Part shown: positions 18,275-27,488 of the stretch, piece after piece
Layout of the letters: each line of letters starts with the position of its first letter
How positions within the stretch are numbered: position 1 is the first letter of the stretch
Origin: an uncultured Candidatus Saccharibacteria bacterium
GTDB lineage: Bacteria; Patescibacteriota; Minisyncoccia; Phycocordibacterales; UBA12088
Length of the DNA: 64,000 bases
Direction: 5' to 3'
Assembly (NCBI GenBank): GCA_964635195.1
Contig: CAZWNC010000001.1
Coordinates: 1,312 to 65,311 of the forward strand
Translations under genes and position numbers: made by a program
Notes under the pieces: generated by a model
What the model saw: the letters and a program-made list of their open reading frames with translations, nothing else
Told to the model about the DNA's origin: nothing
Database searches by the model: none

Positions 18275-19540
18275 ATGCGTAACCTAGAAAAACCGGAAAT
18301 ACTTTCACCAATACAAGATCTTACCTCACTGCGCGCCGCAATAGACGCGGGAGCGGATGCGGTCTTTTTTGGTGTCCAGGGGTACAACATGCGTGTCTCG
18401 GCAAAAAACTTTACCCTGGAGGACATAGCCACCGTCACCACAATCGCCCACGAAGCGGGTGTGAAAGCATACCTTGCACTAAACACCATCATCTACCAGG
18501 AAGAGCTTGCGGGTATGGAGGCGGTCTTAAAGAGCGCTAAAAGTGCACAGGTCGACGCGGTCATCTGTTGGGATCTTGCCGTTGTGGAAAAAGCTCGTGA
18601 GATCGGACTCACGGTGCATGTCAGTACCCAGGCCAGCGTTGCCAATGCGGAGTCGGCGCTGTTCTACAAGCGCTTGGGTGCTACGCGTGTCGTACTGGCG
18701 CGTGAGTGCAATCTGGAGCAAATTGTTGCAATTAAAGAAAAAGCAGGCATTGAGGTTGAGACATTTATCCATGGAGCAATGTGTGTCTCTGTGTCCGGAC
18801 GTTGTTTCTTGTCACAGTTCGCAACGTGCCACTCCGCAAACCGTGGGGCATGTTTGCAGCCTTGTAGACGCAGGTACCTCATCAAAGACGCGGACAGTGA
18901 CCTTGAGTATGAGCTCGGGCCAGAGTATCTGTTGAGCCCCAAAGACCTCTGCGCGCTTCCTTTTATCGAGAAGCTCGTGCTTGCCGGTATCGATTGTTTC
19001 AAAATAGAGGGAAGGAATAAAAGTCCCGAGTATGTGCATGATGTCACATCAGTCTATCGTGAAGCGGTCGATTTTGTCTGGGACAATAAAGAACACCTGC
19101 ATGAAAAGGAGTGTATGGAGCAACTTACTCAACTGAAAGAGCGACTCTTGCCGAAACTCGAACGCGTATTTAATCGTGGTTTCTCATCCGGTTTTTACTT
19201 AGGTAAGCCGATCGATGAGTGGTCACGTGCAGCTGACAGTCAAGCAACGGAGCGAAAGGTTCATGTAGGTGAGGTGGTGCATTATTATGCCAAGCCGGGC
19301 GTTGCGGAGGTTATGATCCTCACGGATGAGACACTCTCGATCGGTGATGCTATCTTGGTGCAAGGTCCGACAACCGGAAGTGTGCGGGCCACCATTGAAT
19401 CAATGGAGGTTGAACATGTGCAGGTTGATTGTGCCACAAAAGGACGTACCGTTGCCATTAAAATCGCCACACGGGTGCGCCCTCACGATGCGGTGCGAAA
19501 GGTCGTATTGCGCGACACGGAGACACGACACGGAGCGTGA
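18275..19540 (+). CDS. U32-family protein (TrhP/RlhA-like Fe-S RNA hydroxylation protein)
   Basis: GADAVF, HVSTQ, RVVLARE, HGAMCVSVSGRC, NRGACLQPCR, SPKDL, KIEGR. Confidence 0.92.
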   Translation: MRNLEKPEILSPIQDLTSLRAAIDAGADAVFFGVQGYNMRVSAKNFTLEDIATVTTIAHEAGVKAYLALNTIIYQEELAGMEAVLKSAKSAQVDAVICWDLAVVEKAREIGLTVHVSTQASVANAESALFYKRLGATRVVLARECNLEQIVAIKEKAGIEVETFIHGAMCVSVSGRCFLSQFATCHSANRGACLQPCRRRYLIKDADSDLEYELGPEYLLSPKDLCALPFIEKLVLAGIDCFKIEGRNKSPEYVHDVTSVYREAVDFVWDNKEHLHEKECMEQLTQLKERLLPKLERVFNRGFSSGFYLGKPIDEWSRAADSQATERKVHVGEVVHYYAKPGVAEVMILTDETLSIGDAILVQGPTTGSVRATIESMEVEHVQVDCATKGRTVAIKIATRVRPHDAVRKVVLRDTETRHGA

Positions 19541-19585
19541 TGTTCGGGCACCATGAGGGCTTGGGTAAGGGCTTGACCAGAGTAT

Positions 19586-20959
19586 TCAAATTTCCTTGCG
19601 TGCCTGGGTGCGGGGAAGCGTGTACACAGGTGGTTTTCCATGTATGAAATCCTGTGCAAGTGAGTAGGTAAGCGCACCCTGATTTGGCACAACGATCAAG
19701 TCTCCAATTTCTAATCTTGATGCAAAACAGGAGTAGCCCCATCTATCTTGCATCATGCAGAGTGAACCGTAGATCATGGTATCAATTTCCTTGGTGCTCG
19801 GGTGTGTAATGTTTATGATAGGGAAATACTCATCTTCGAAACGTTCATACCCTATCATGTTCATCCCCCCATCGACTATCACGAGCCCGTCTTTACGGTC
19901 TGCGATACGAAGAAGCACGTGCATTGCGCTGTCTGCAATGATGCGACCCGGTTCTGTCAGGTATGTCGCGTTAGGGAGTAGTGGTCGGAGGTGCGTGTCA
20001 ATACCCAGAGCGATACCTTGTGCATAGTCGTGTAATGATGTGGAACGAAACGTGTGATGCTTGTACGGGAAAGGTGCCGGTGTATCGAAGTACTCGTATA
20101 TGGCTTGCACCACCTTTCCTTGAGGTGGATACCATGGGTACTCACCCTCTGTTGCGTCGGGAACGAACCCACCCCCAAAATCATAGAAAAGAATACCGGC
20201 AAGCTCTTCTTGGGAAAAATTTGCTTGGAGGTATTCCGCGACACTATGCATAGTCTCCACGTATGGTTGCGCGTCCGTATTCCAACTTTGATGTACCTGT
20301 ATGCCACAAAGATTGATGTGTTTGTGTGCCCGTGCAATGTCATAGAAACGTCTAAGCTCATTGAGCGGTATCCCGAACTTGTTCCATTTTTTTGCAGAAG
20401 TTATCCTGATACCTGTGTTGATGGTTCGATGGTGTGTTGCTGCAACTTCGGCCAAAAGTTCGAGCTCACGGAAACTGTCCATGTGAATGATCACTCGTGA
20501 GGCATGTTTACATGCGAGGGTTAGTCCTTGATGCGTTTTTGCGGGACCGGTGTATATAATGCGTTTCGCTTTCGCGTTAAGTGCAAGACGTAGCTCGCGT
20601 TCACTCGAGACATCAAGCCCGTATCCGTGTTTGACGATGGTGCGTAACACGTGTGGGTGGTCATTTACTTTCACCGCAAAATACGCGCTTATGTCAGGTA
20701 TGGCGCGTGAGAACTCTTTGGTGAAAGAGGTGAGGGCGTGTTCCAGCGCTTCGTCGTCGAGCACGAAGCACGGTGTGTCATGTTCGTGTGCAATGGTAAG
20801 GAAGCGATCCCGTTTTCGGTGAATAGCACGGACAACCGGTAGCATGCTTTGTGCAGATTCGGTATGGACCTCTTGAAGAATATGTGAAAATTTCTTTCGC
20901 AGGTCTGCCTTCATGGTGTCGGTGACAAGCGGGACGGTTCTTTGTTCTTTCTTTTGCAT
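19586..20959 (-). CDS. PLP-dependent decarboxylase, Orn/DAP/Arg (fold III) family
   Basis: YFAVKVN (PLP Lys), DVSS..EL, KFG, DFGGGF, EPGR, VDGG, GSLCMMQD. HQSWN replaces LysA HIGSQ. Confidence 0.88.
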   Translation of the reverse strand: MQKKEQRTVPLVTDTMKADLRKKFSHILQEVHTESAQSMLPVVRAIHRKRDRFLTIAHEHDTPCFVLDDEALEHALTSFTKEFSRAIPDISAYFAVKVNDHPHVLRTIVKHGYGLDVSSERELRLALNAKAKRIIYTGPAKTHQGLTLACKHASRVIIHMDSFRELELLAEVAATHHRTINTGIRITSAKKWNKFGIPLNELRRFYDIARAHKHINLCGIQVHQSWNTDAQPYVETMHSVAEYLQANFSQEELAGILFYDFGGGFVPDATEGEYPWYPPQGKVVQAIYEYFDTPAPFPYKHHTFRSTSLHDYAQGIALGIDTHLRPLLPNATYLTEPGRIIADSAMHVLLRIADRKDGLVIVDGGMNMIGYERFEDEYFPIINITHPSTKEIDTMIYGSLCMMQDRWGYSCFASRLEIGDLIVVPNQGALTYSLAQDFIHGKPPVYTLPRTQARKEI

Positions 20960-20969
20960 GAGAGAGATA

Positions 20970-22259
20970 TTACATGAATAGTGCGGAAACTGCACTGCGG
21001 ATACTCAATCCTCGCGCATTGAGCGACCCTGTGATGGGGTCGTAGAGGGGACTGTCGCTGAAAATGGTTGCAAGTGTAAATTCTTCTTCGATGCGAGCAT
21101 GTGGCACTGAGAGGTCATGAAAGAGAAAAAAAGTATCTAATCCTGAAGGAATGTGTTGTTCGTCTGCAATGTGGCTAATGCCACGCGCAGTCAGCTGGTA
21201 TGTCCCCACCATAGGTATTTTTGAGACATCGGTGTATGCCGGTACGTCGATATCGAGAGTTGCACCCTCATAGTGACTGCTCGGAATATGCGCTTCTTCC
21301 TTTTGAGTCGTTCCGAGTGTGTCACGTACACACGCTCGTGTATACAGCCTCCATGGTTCTTTGTGTGGGGTAAGACCATTTGTGGAAAAAAGCTGTGGTG
21401 TCGCCGCTGAGAGTCGTGGGTTGCATTCAAGCACGTATGCCCTCTCGTTAGACACAATAAAGTCAATGTTCGCCATGCCGGCAAACTTTGTCGCATGCAG
21501 TAGAGCGCTTGTTTTCAGGAGCTCTCCTTGCAGTGAACGAAGTGCCTCGTCTGAGAAATAATTCGTCGGTAACCATTGTATACCCAAGAATATATTTGGA
21601 AAATCATTCTCGTATAGAAAACATTGGCGTCGTATTGCAGAAAATACCGCATGGCCTGCATGGTCTATGATGATGCTTACGCCGATCGGTGTTCCCGGTA
21701 CGTACTCACGCACAAGCACGGACTTCGTAAGCGATGCAGGTGGCACGCTGCCCGCTTGCAGAAATACTGTGCCTTGCATGCCGGATCCGGTACTTTCCTG
21801 AATAACGTACGTCTTAGTGGGTAGCATGTGTGCGGGAGTACTCAATGTTGGCGGTGTGTGCACCGCGTGCTTTCTGAGAAGACGTTGGAATACGCGCTTG
21901 TTTTCGAGGCGAGTTTGTATGCGTGCCGGAGGAGTTATCAGTGTAATTTTGTTCTTACGAGCCCACTCCCGGTACTCCTTTTTTGTTCGATACGGGACTG
22001 CAAGATGAGTGATAGATCGTTCGTGGAGTTTTTCTGCAAGATCGGTCTCAAAGAGTAGTTGATCAAAGGTTGGATAGGGAAGTTCTCGAACGCTTGAGAC
22101 CATGATGAGTTCGCTCTCGTGAAAGTGAGTGTGTGCGTAGGTGGCGACGGGTGTACCTGCAAGTACGATGATGAAGAGTCCGGCGCGATCATGTTCACGG
22201 AAAAACAATGGCTCCATCATGCTAAGCCAGACAGCCAGGGTGTTCGGAGTGTGTTGCAT
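20970..22259 (-). CDS. ATP-grasp domain protein
   Basis: LENK..F, GSGMQGT, LVREYVPG, ANIDFIV, YVLECNPRLSAA. Confidence 0.82.
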   Translation of the reverse strand: MQHTPNTLAVWLSMMEPLFFREHDRAGLFIIVLAGTPVATYAHTHFHESELIMVSSVRELPYPTFDQLLFETDLAEKLHERSITHLAVPYRTKKEYREWARKNKITLITPPARIQTRLENKRVFQRLLRKHAVHTPPTLSTPAHMLPTKTYVIQESTGSGMQGTVFLQAGSVPPASLTKSVLVREYVPGTPIGVSIIIDHAGHAVFSAIRRQCFLYENDFPNIFLGIQWLPTNYFSDEALRSLQGELLKTSALLHATKFAGMANIDFIVSNERAYVLECNPRLSAATPQLFSTNGLTPHKEPWRLYTRACVRDTLGTTQKEEAHIPSSHYEGATLDIDVPAYTDVSKIPMVGTYQLTARGISHIADEQHIPSGLDTFFLFHDLSVPHARIEEEFTLATIFSDSPLYDPITGSLNARGLSIRSAVSALFM

Positions 22260-22291
22260 GCTCGTGTCACTAGGCTTGTAACTCTGAAGAG

Positions 22292-23698
22292 TTATCGTTT
22301 TGATGTGTTCCTTTTTGTTGGCGATGATGGTGCAAGTTCTTCCTTGTAAATCGTGATGATCTTTTCAGCTACTTCTGCCGGTATGTTTTGAAAACGGTGA
22401 ATGCCAAGGTATAGCTGTGCGAGCTCTCTTTTGCGTGCCTCAAAATCGGCAAGCATTTTTTTCTTGAAAAGATCAATGCTGTAACCGGTGCGACCTCGTT
22501 CTGTTGCCAGTAAGAACGCAAGACCGAGCTCATCCTTGGTGCCATACTCAAGATTACTGACGGTCCGTTTAAAGAAGTCAGCGTACAGGTGGGCATGTTC
22601 TCGATCGAAAAGGTTTTCGGTGAAGCCCATGCCATACAGATCGATATCCGAGGCCGCTGAGAGCGCATACACGTATGCGCATTTTGAGCAGTTTTGGCAC
22701 CATCGAACCTGCTTCGCTTGTTCGTTATTTGCAAAACAGGACATCTGAAATGTACCGTACTCTGAGTACCTGGTGTGCAACACCTTCAGGATTGCGAGCT
22801 CGTAGAGTGGTTCCATTAGACTCACGACTTTGACATCCCTTCCGAGGAGTAGAGACCCAAGAAGGCCTTGTTGGGTTGTCCAGTCAGTGTGTTGGTCATA
22901 TGCGGCAGAGTAGGTGAGAACACCTTCTTTGTCAAAGAATGAGTCGTTACAAGACTGCTCGTTTCCGAGGATGATGTAGTCTGCGTTGAAGTGGTGTGCA
23001 AAGGGAAGCGCAAGTACCGCACACTCAGTCGTATGCAGTCCCCAACCCAGCTCAGTTGAAAATCCCCAGTATTTGCCATATCGAAATATACCGGGAGTGT
23101 TTTGTAAGACGTGTATCTTTACATCGAATTTCTTTTCAAAAGCGGCGGTCATTTTTTGTTTGTGGGCATGTTCAAAATCGTGAGATGGTTCTACGAACAT
23201 CACCAGTATTGGTCGTATCCCGAGCTCTTTGCAAAGTGCAAGCGTGAGCATGCTCTCTTTTCCAAACGAGAACGGTATGACCGCTGTCGGTGCATCTGAC
23301 GGGGGGCGATTGGTGTGGACGGTCTGAATCTCGTTAGTGCCAAAATACGAACGGACATTGAAAAAATCCTTCATGTATGAAACAGAGGATTTTTTGTCGG
23401 AGTGTGCGGTGCAGGGCATGTCGTATATACCGTTTTTGAAAAAAAATGTTTCCGCGAGCGATCGCGCCGTTTTGTAGTGTATGTCCGGAAGGGAAAGAAT
23501 TTGCGGAAGAAACATCGTCGAGCTCACGGTTACCGCGTCTCGCAGCGCCTCTTTTGCTTCTTGCGGGTAGCTCGTCCACACATCCTTTGGGTAACGAATC
23601 GGAAAGTGTTCTTTGTTTACCACGACCGAGACTCCGTCTTTCGTGATTTTGCCATCGACGATCAATTCGTTTGGTAATGGTGCGTGTGGTGTGTTCAT
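22292..23698 (-). CDS. MurL-like PP-loop (adenylating) enzyme
   Basis: VIPFSFGKES (PP-loop-like), LGNEQSC, SLMEPLYEL, MSC...WCQNCSKC; motif order matches MurL-type epimerases. Confidence 0.65.
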   Translation of the reverse strand: MNTPHAPLPNELIVDGKITKDGVSVVVNKEHFPIRYPKDVWTSYPQEAKEALRDAVTVSSTMFLPQILSLPDIHYKTARSLAETFFFKNGIYDMPCTAHSDKKSSVSYMKDFFNVRSYFGTNEIQTVHTNRPPSDAPTAVIPFSFGKESMLTLALCKELGIRPILVMFVEPSHDFEHAHKQKMTAAFEKKFDVKIHVLQNTPGIFRYGKYWGFSTELGWGLHTTECAVLALPFAHHFNADYIILGNEQSCNDSFFDKEGVLTYSAAYDQHTDWTTQQGLLGSLLLGRDVKVVSLMEPLYELAILKVLHTRYSEYGTFQMSCFANNEQAKQVRWCQNCSKCAYVYALSAASDIDLYGMGFTENLFDREHAHLYADFFKRTVSNLEYGTKDELGLAFLLATERGRTGYSIDLFKKKMLADFEARKRELAQLYLGIHRFQNIPAEVAEKIITIYKEELAPSSPTKRNTSKR

Positions 23699-23731
23699 AT
23701 TGCTTTGAGAGTTCGTGCGAATAAATGTATC

Positions 23732-26167
23732 CTACATGGAGTCGGTTTGGAGATGATAGTACTGGGGTCGATTCTCGTACCGTTTGATGGCGACACGTAA
23801 TACCTCCTCCACAAGGTCTGCGTAACTCATTTTTACCAGGCGTGCCGCGCGGGGAAGTATGTCATGCGTGTCCATGTGCTGGTTTGGATTAAGCTCAAGA
23901 ACGTACGGATTGCTATTCTTGTCGACCTTTATCTCTACGATACCATAGTCATGGCAATCGAGTATATTGTATGTGTCGAGGGCGATTTCGGTTATGAGTG
24001 ACTCAAGTTTTTTATTCATGTTCATAGAGGGCTCCTCGATGGATATTTTTTCGTAGAGTGATTTGTCAACCCATTTCGCTTCGTACGGGTAAATGTGCCA
24101 AAGCCCTTCGGGGAGTGCGTCGAATGTTGAGCGTGAGAGAGGAAGAACTCGAAGGTCGTCCTCTTCGCTACCGATAATCGGCACCGCATACTCGTCTCCA
24201 TCAATGTATTCTTCTACGAGCGCCGGACTTCCGAGTTCGTGTATGACGTAAGCAAGTCGTTTTTGGAGCTGTGTCTTGTCGGTAACGACCGACTCATTGG
24301 TGATTCCAATCGAATTATCGGTGTTCGAGGGTTTAACGATAAGTGGATACTTGAGTGTCTGATCGATATCGTCTTCGGTGGTGTACGCATAGTCCCAACG
24401 CGGAGTTGGGATTCCGTGGAAAGAAAGTAGTTTTTTGATACGGATCTTGTCATTACAGAGTCCAAGGGTAAATGGATTTGATCCGGTGTAGGGTATTTGC
24501 AACATGTCCAGAAGTGCGGCCGAATGCGGTTTGAGCATGCTTGAATTATTTATTCTTCCGCAAGCATTAAATACAATATCAACATTACTATTTCGAAGTT
24601 CGTTTATGCAACGCACCGGTTCGTTCATGTCGAAAACGGTTGTCGCATATCCTCGTTCGGCAAGGGCTTCTTCAATGTGTGTGCCAACCGCCGAAAGGGC
24701 GGCCTCAATCACACCATCCTCTTCTTGAAACATGTTGTAGAGAATTCCCACGTGCAAATTGCGTTGGCTTTTGATCGAAGTGCGTCGCATGCGTTCGATT
24801 TTTGCGGCTCCCTCAAGGAGTTCTTTGTTGGTGGAAGCCATGGAAAATCGGTTGCGTCGGAGTGTCTTTCCTATCGAGGATGACGAATGGAACTTCGCAA
24901 CGTCGTACTTGATGTACTTCAAGGCTTCGTTGAAATTGTGTTCGGTATCGAGGGGGTTTTCTCCTGAAACCACAATCCAACCAAGGTACTCGTACCCTTC
25001 GGGCGGAACCAGTACCGCATCACCCGCCTGCTTAAAGAGGCAGAGCTCCTCAACCCCCGGAACTTTTTTGATGCGTTCGTCCATTTCAAGTTTAACGAGA
25101 AGCCCGGACTGTTTCGGAGTGAATGTGTTGCTCATCAAATACTTATGGGGCGTGTCCGGTTTCCGAACTTTTTGGAGGTAGATTCCGAGGGCGATTTTCA
25201 CAGCACCCTCGATGAGATCGACCCCCCATGCCTCTTTGCTAAAGGTATACGTCTCATCGCCCCCCATGCGAAGATTGATTTCAATCGGCACAGGACCTTT
25301 TCGCGTTGTTTTGGCTTCAAAATGAATACATCCGTTCTGTATTCCCAGTTTTTCAAGCACGGTCTCCGCCATTTCCACGAGCGCCTCCTGATCTTTTGCG
25401 GGAAGTTCCGAAGGGATTGCCTGCTGTGTCTCTATGAAAAAAGGTTCCTCGGTTCGGTAATTGTCGACGACGGCGAAATACTTAATTTTTCCGTTTTGAA
25501 GCAGTATGTCGACGTCGACCTCGTCACCATCGATGTAGCTTTCGACGAGAATGTCGAGTCCTTCGTTGAGTGACGATTCGATGTTCGGGGATATGTTACG
25601 TTCAATGTACTCGTAGGTATTGTAAAACTCCTCTTTGTCTTGTGCCTTGATGACAAACGCACTCCCCGAGCCGTAGGTCGGCTTGAGGACAACGGGAAAG
25701 GTGAAAGAGGTGACGACCTGTTCCAAATCCTCCTCGTCTTTGATAAGCATATGTTCCGGGGTGCGAATCCCGTTCTCGGTACAAAATTTTCGAAAGAGAA
25801 ACTTATCACGCACTTGTTTTGCAATAGCGATTGGAACGCCTATCAGGTCGAGTGCGTCTGCTATTTTTGAGGTCAGAAGCACATCGTCTTCCCAGAACGT
25901 TACCACACCATCCACTGACACGCTTGGGTTCGCGCTGAGGAATGTCTCAATATCCTCAATCACTTTTGCGTGGTTCTTGTTGTCGGTAAGTATCCATCGG
26001 TCGATGAAGGGAGCGGCCCAATTCTTTTCATGATGGATAGCAATAATGTGAAGACCGAGCTGTTTCAGTCGCTGTACGATAAACTTCTTCTTTACCGAGC
26101 CGGTATTGACCAACAAGATGGTCTTGCCGACCAGTTCAGAGCGCTCAACATCCTGTTTCTTTTTCAC
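23732..26167 (-). CDS. tandem ATP-grasp protein (L-amino-acid-ligase-like domain + Ddl-like domain)
   Basis: N-domain: RDKFLFR, VVLKP..GSGS, ESYIDG, HFEAK, IEINLRMGG. C-domain: IPYTGS, DK, PLIVKP..DNSIGI, VEEYIDG, LELNPN. Confidence 0.88.
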   Translation of the reverse strand: MKKKQDVERSELVGKTILLVNTGSVKKKFIVQRLKQLGLHIIAIHHEKNWAAPFIDRWILTDNKNHAKVIEDIETFLSANPSVSVDGVVTFWEDDVLLTSKIADALDLIGVPIAIAKQVRDKFLFRKFCTENGIRTPEHMLIKDEEDLEQVVTSFTFPVVLKPTYGSGSAFVIKAQDKEEFYNTYEYIERNISPNIESSLNEGLDILVESYIDGDEVDVDILLQNGKIKYFAVVDNYRTEEPFFIETQQAIPSELPAKDQEALVEMAETVLEKLGIQNGCIHFEAKTTRKGPVPIEINLRMGGDETYTFSKEAWGVDLIEGAVKIALGIYLQKVRKPDTPHKYLMSNTFTPKQSGLLVKLEMDERIKKVPGVEELCLFKQAGDAVLVPPEGYEYLGWIVVSGENPLDTEHNFNEALKYIKYDVAKFHSSSSIGKTLRRNRFSMASTNKELLEGAAKIERMRRTSIKSQRNLHVGILYNMFQEEDGVIEAALSAVGTHIEEALAERGYATTVFDMNEPVRCINELRNSNVDIVFNACGRINNSSMLKPHSAALLDMLQIPYTGSNPFTLGLCNDKIRIKKLLSFHGIPTPRWDYAYTTEDDIDQTLKYPLIVKPSNTDNSIGITNESVVTDKTQLQKRLAYVIHELGSPALVEEYIDGDEYAVPIIGSEEDDLRVLPLSRSTFDALPEGLWHIYPYEAKWVDKSLYEKISIEEPSMNMNKKLESLITEIALDTYNILDCHDYGIVEIKVDKNSNPYVLELNPNQHMDTHDILPRAARLVKMSYADLVEEVLRVAIKRYENRPQYYHLQTDSM

Positions 26168-26250
26168 GGTTGTTTTGGAGGGTATAAGATTCGGTATGTT
26201 CTATTTGCATGTCGATTACATGCAGGTGTGGACATGTGGTTGCACGCATA

Positions 26251-26278
26251 AATATAGCGGTATTACACAATATGTCAA
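26251..26278 (-). promoter_or_regulatory. sigma70-type promoter for the ATP-grasp operon
   Basis: Minus strand TTGACA-16 nt-TATATT. Confidence 0.55.
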
Positions 26279-26366
26279 TCAATATTGCGCAGGTGTGGTG
26301 TTGTGTTCTTGTGACTTGGTGCTATTATCCACCCTAGATTAAGCATTAGCGAGGAGGTGAACCTAC

Positions 26367-26780
26367 ATGAAAGACGATCTCGGCAGGCATCTGATTGCTG
26401 AAATGGTCGTATTTCTCTGTCTGCTGTATCGGGAAGGTGCCACAGCGAAAGAATTGGAGACGCACATGAGTGTCTTCAATAACATGAAGCCCGTGACGCA
26501 GTGTGCGGTCGGGAGGTGGCTCGAAGGTCGTACCCACCCTGATGTGTCCATGGATGTCGGGGATGAATTACTCGAGACACAAGAGCATGTGGCGGTCCTA
26601 TGGTGTTCATTGGAGCATTATCTTGACATACGTACAGACTTCGGTCATCTGGAACGTGACACTCGATCCGGACGGTACTTGGTCACACCCAAAGGGAAGG
26701 TCTATTTCGATGCGAGACGTAAGGCGTTGGAGATCCATCGACTGGTGACCCAAAAAAATGTACACAAACAACCTGCGTGA
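26367..26780 (+). CDS. hypothetical protein, possibly winged helix
   Basis: Strong SD GAGGAGGTGA; YLVTPKG resembles a PadR/MarR wing; terminator at 26787-26822. Confidence 0.6.
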   Translation: MKDDLGRHLIAEMVVFLCLLYREGATAKELETHMSVFNNMKPVTQCAVGRWLEGRTHPDVSMDVGDELLETQEHVAVLWCSLEHYLDIRTDFGHLERDTRSGRYLVTPKGKVYFDARRKALEIHRLVTQKNVHKQPA

Positions 26781-26786
26781 GGATGG

Positions 26787-26822
26787 AGAGAGACATGCTG
26801 GTTGCTACACATGTCTCTTTTT
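26787..26822 (+). terminator. intrinsic terminator
   Basis: AGAGACATG...CATGTCTCT followed by TTTT. Confidence 0.6.
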
Positions 26823-27488
26823 GTTGTATACATGCATGTGTTGGTAGTTTTAAAATGCACATACGAAGTTCGAGAGCGGTTCGTTTCTGGGCCCGATTGC
26901 GTACAGCGTGTGAGCGTCGTATTGCGCAGCATAAAAAAGGCCGGTACTTGGACCGGCCTTGTGTGCGTCTGTGTGGTTTGAACTGTGTGCAGACCTGTCG
27001 CGTTGAGTATCAAATACGTCTGCGCGGTTTACCCCACTACGTAGGTATCGTTTCGCGAAGGGAAGTACCTTTTGACACACAAACATCAGATTTCCAGCGA
27101 GAAATGCAGTGACCGGTGTCTGATGGGCAGGTGGACTTTTGGATTTTTCGTGCGCAGCGTCCTGATTCGGGTAAGCGGTTACACTCCTTCAGTTGTGCTC
27201 CAAGCGGAGTCTCAAGTTCAGTGCTGTAAGAAATCATTGTCTAAATCCTCGTATTGTGTATTTGTAAAGAGCAGTTTGAAACAGAAACCCTGACACGTGT
27301 CAGGCGTGTGCGTTGTTTCTACGCGTTGGTAATGCCGACAACCTGACACCTGGTGCGTTTTAGATACAATCTGAACGATAACCGTGTCAGCACTGTGCTA
27401 GCATCAATATACGGAGGGGGTGCGGCAACGGCAAGGGAGACATTGTGGAAAAGTGTGTTCATGTGTGGAGTGTGCTAGTCTGTTAGGC

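Noticed and set aside
19586-20959. Calling the decarboxylase lysA
   Set aside because: HIGSQ and CExxD motifs are altered, and the context is ligases rather than dap genes.
22292-23698. QueC assignment (tgt is in the window)
   Set aside because: About twice QueC length, SFGKES rather than SGGxDS, no queD/E/F nearby; motif order fits MurL better.
26777-27293. Several 66-111-aa ORFs in the gap before the helicase
   Set aside because: They overlap terminator hairpins and each other and have no protein-like motifs.
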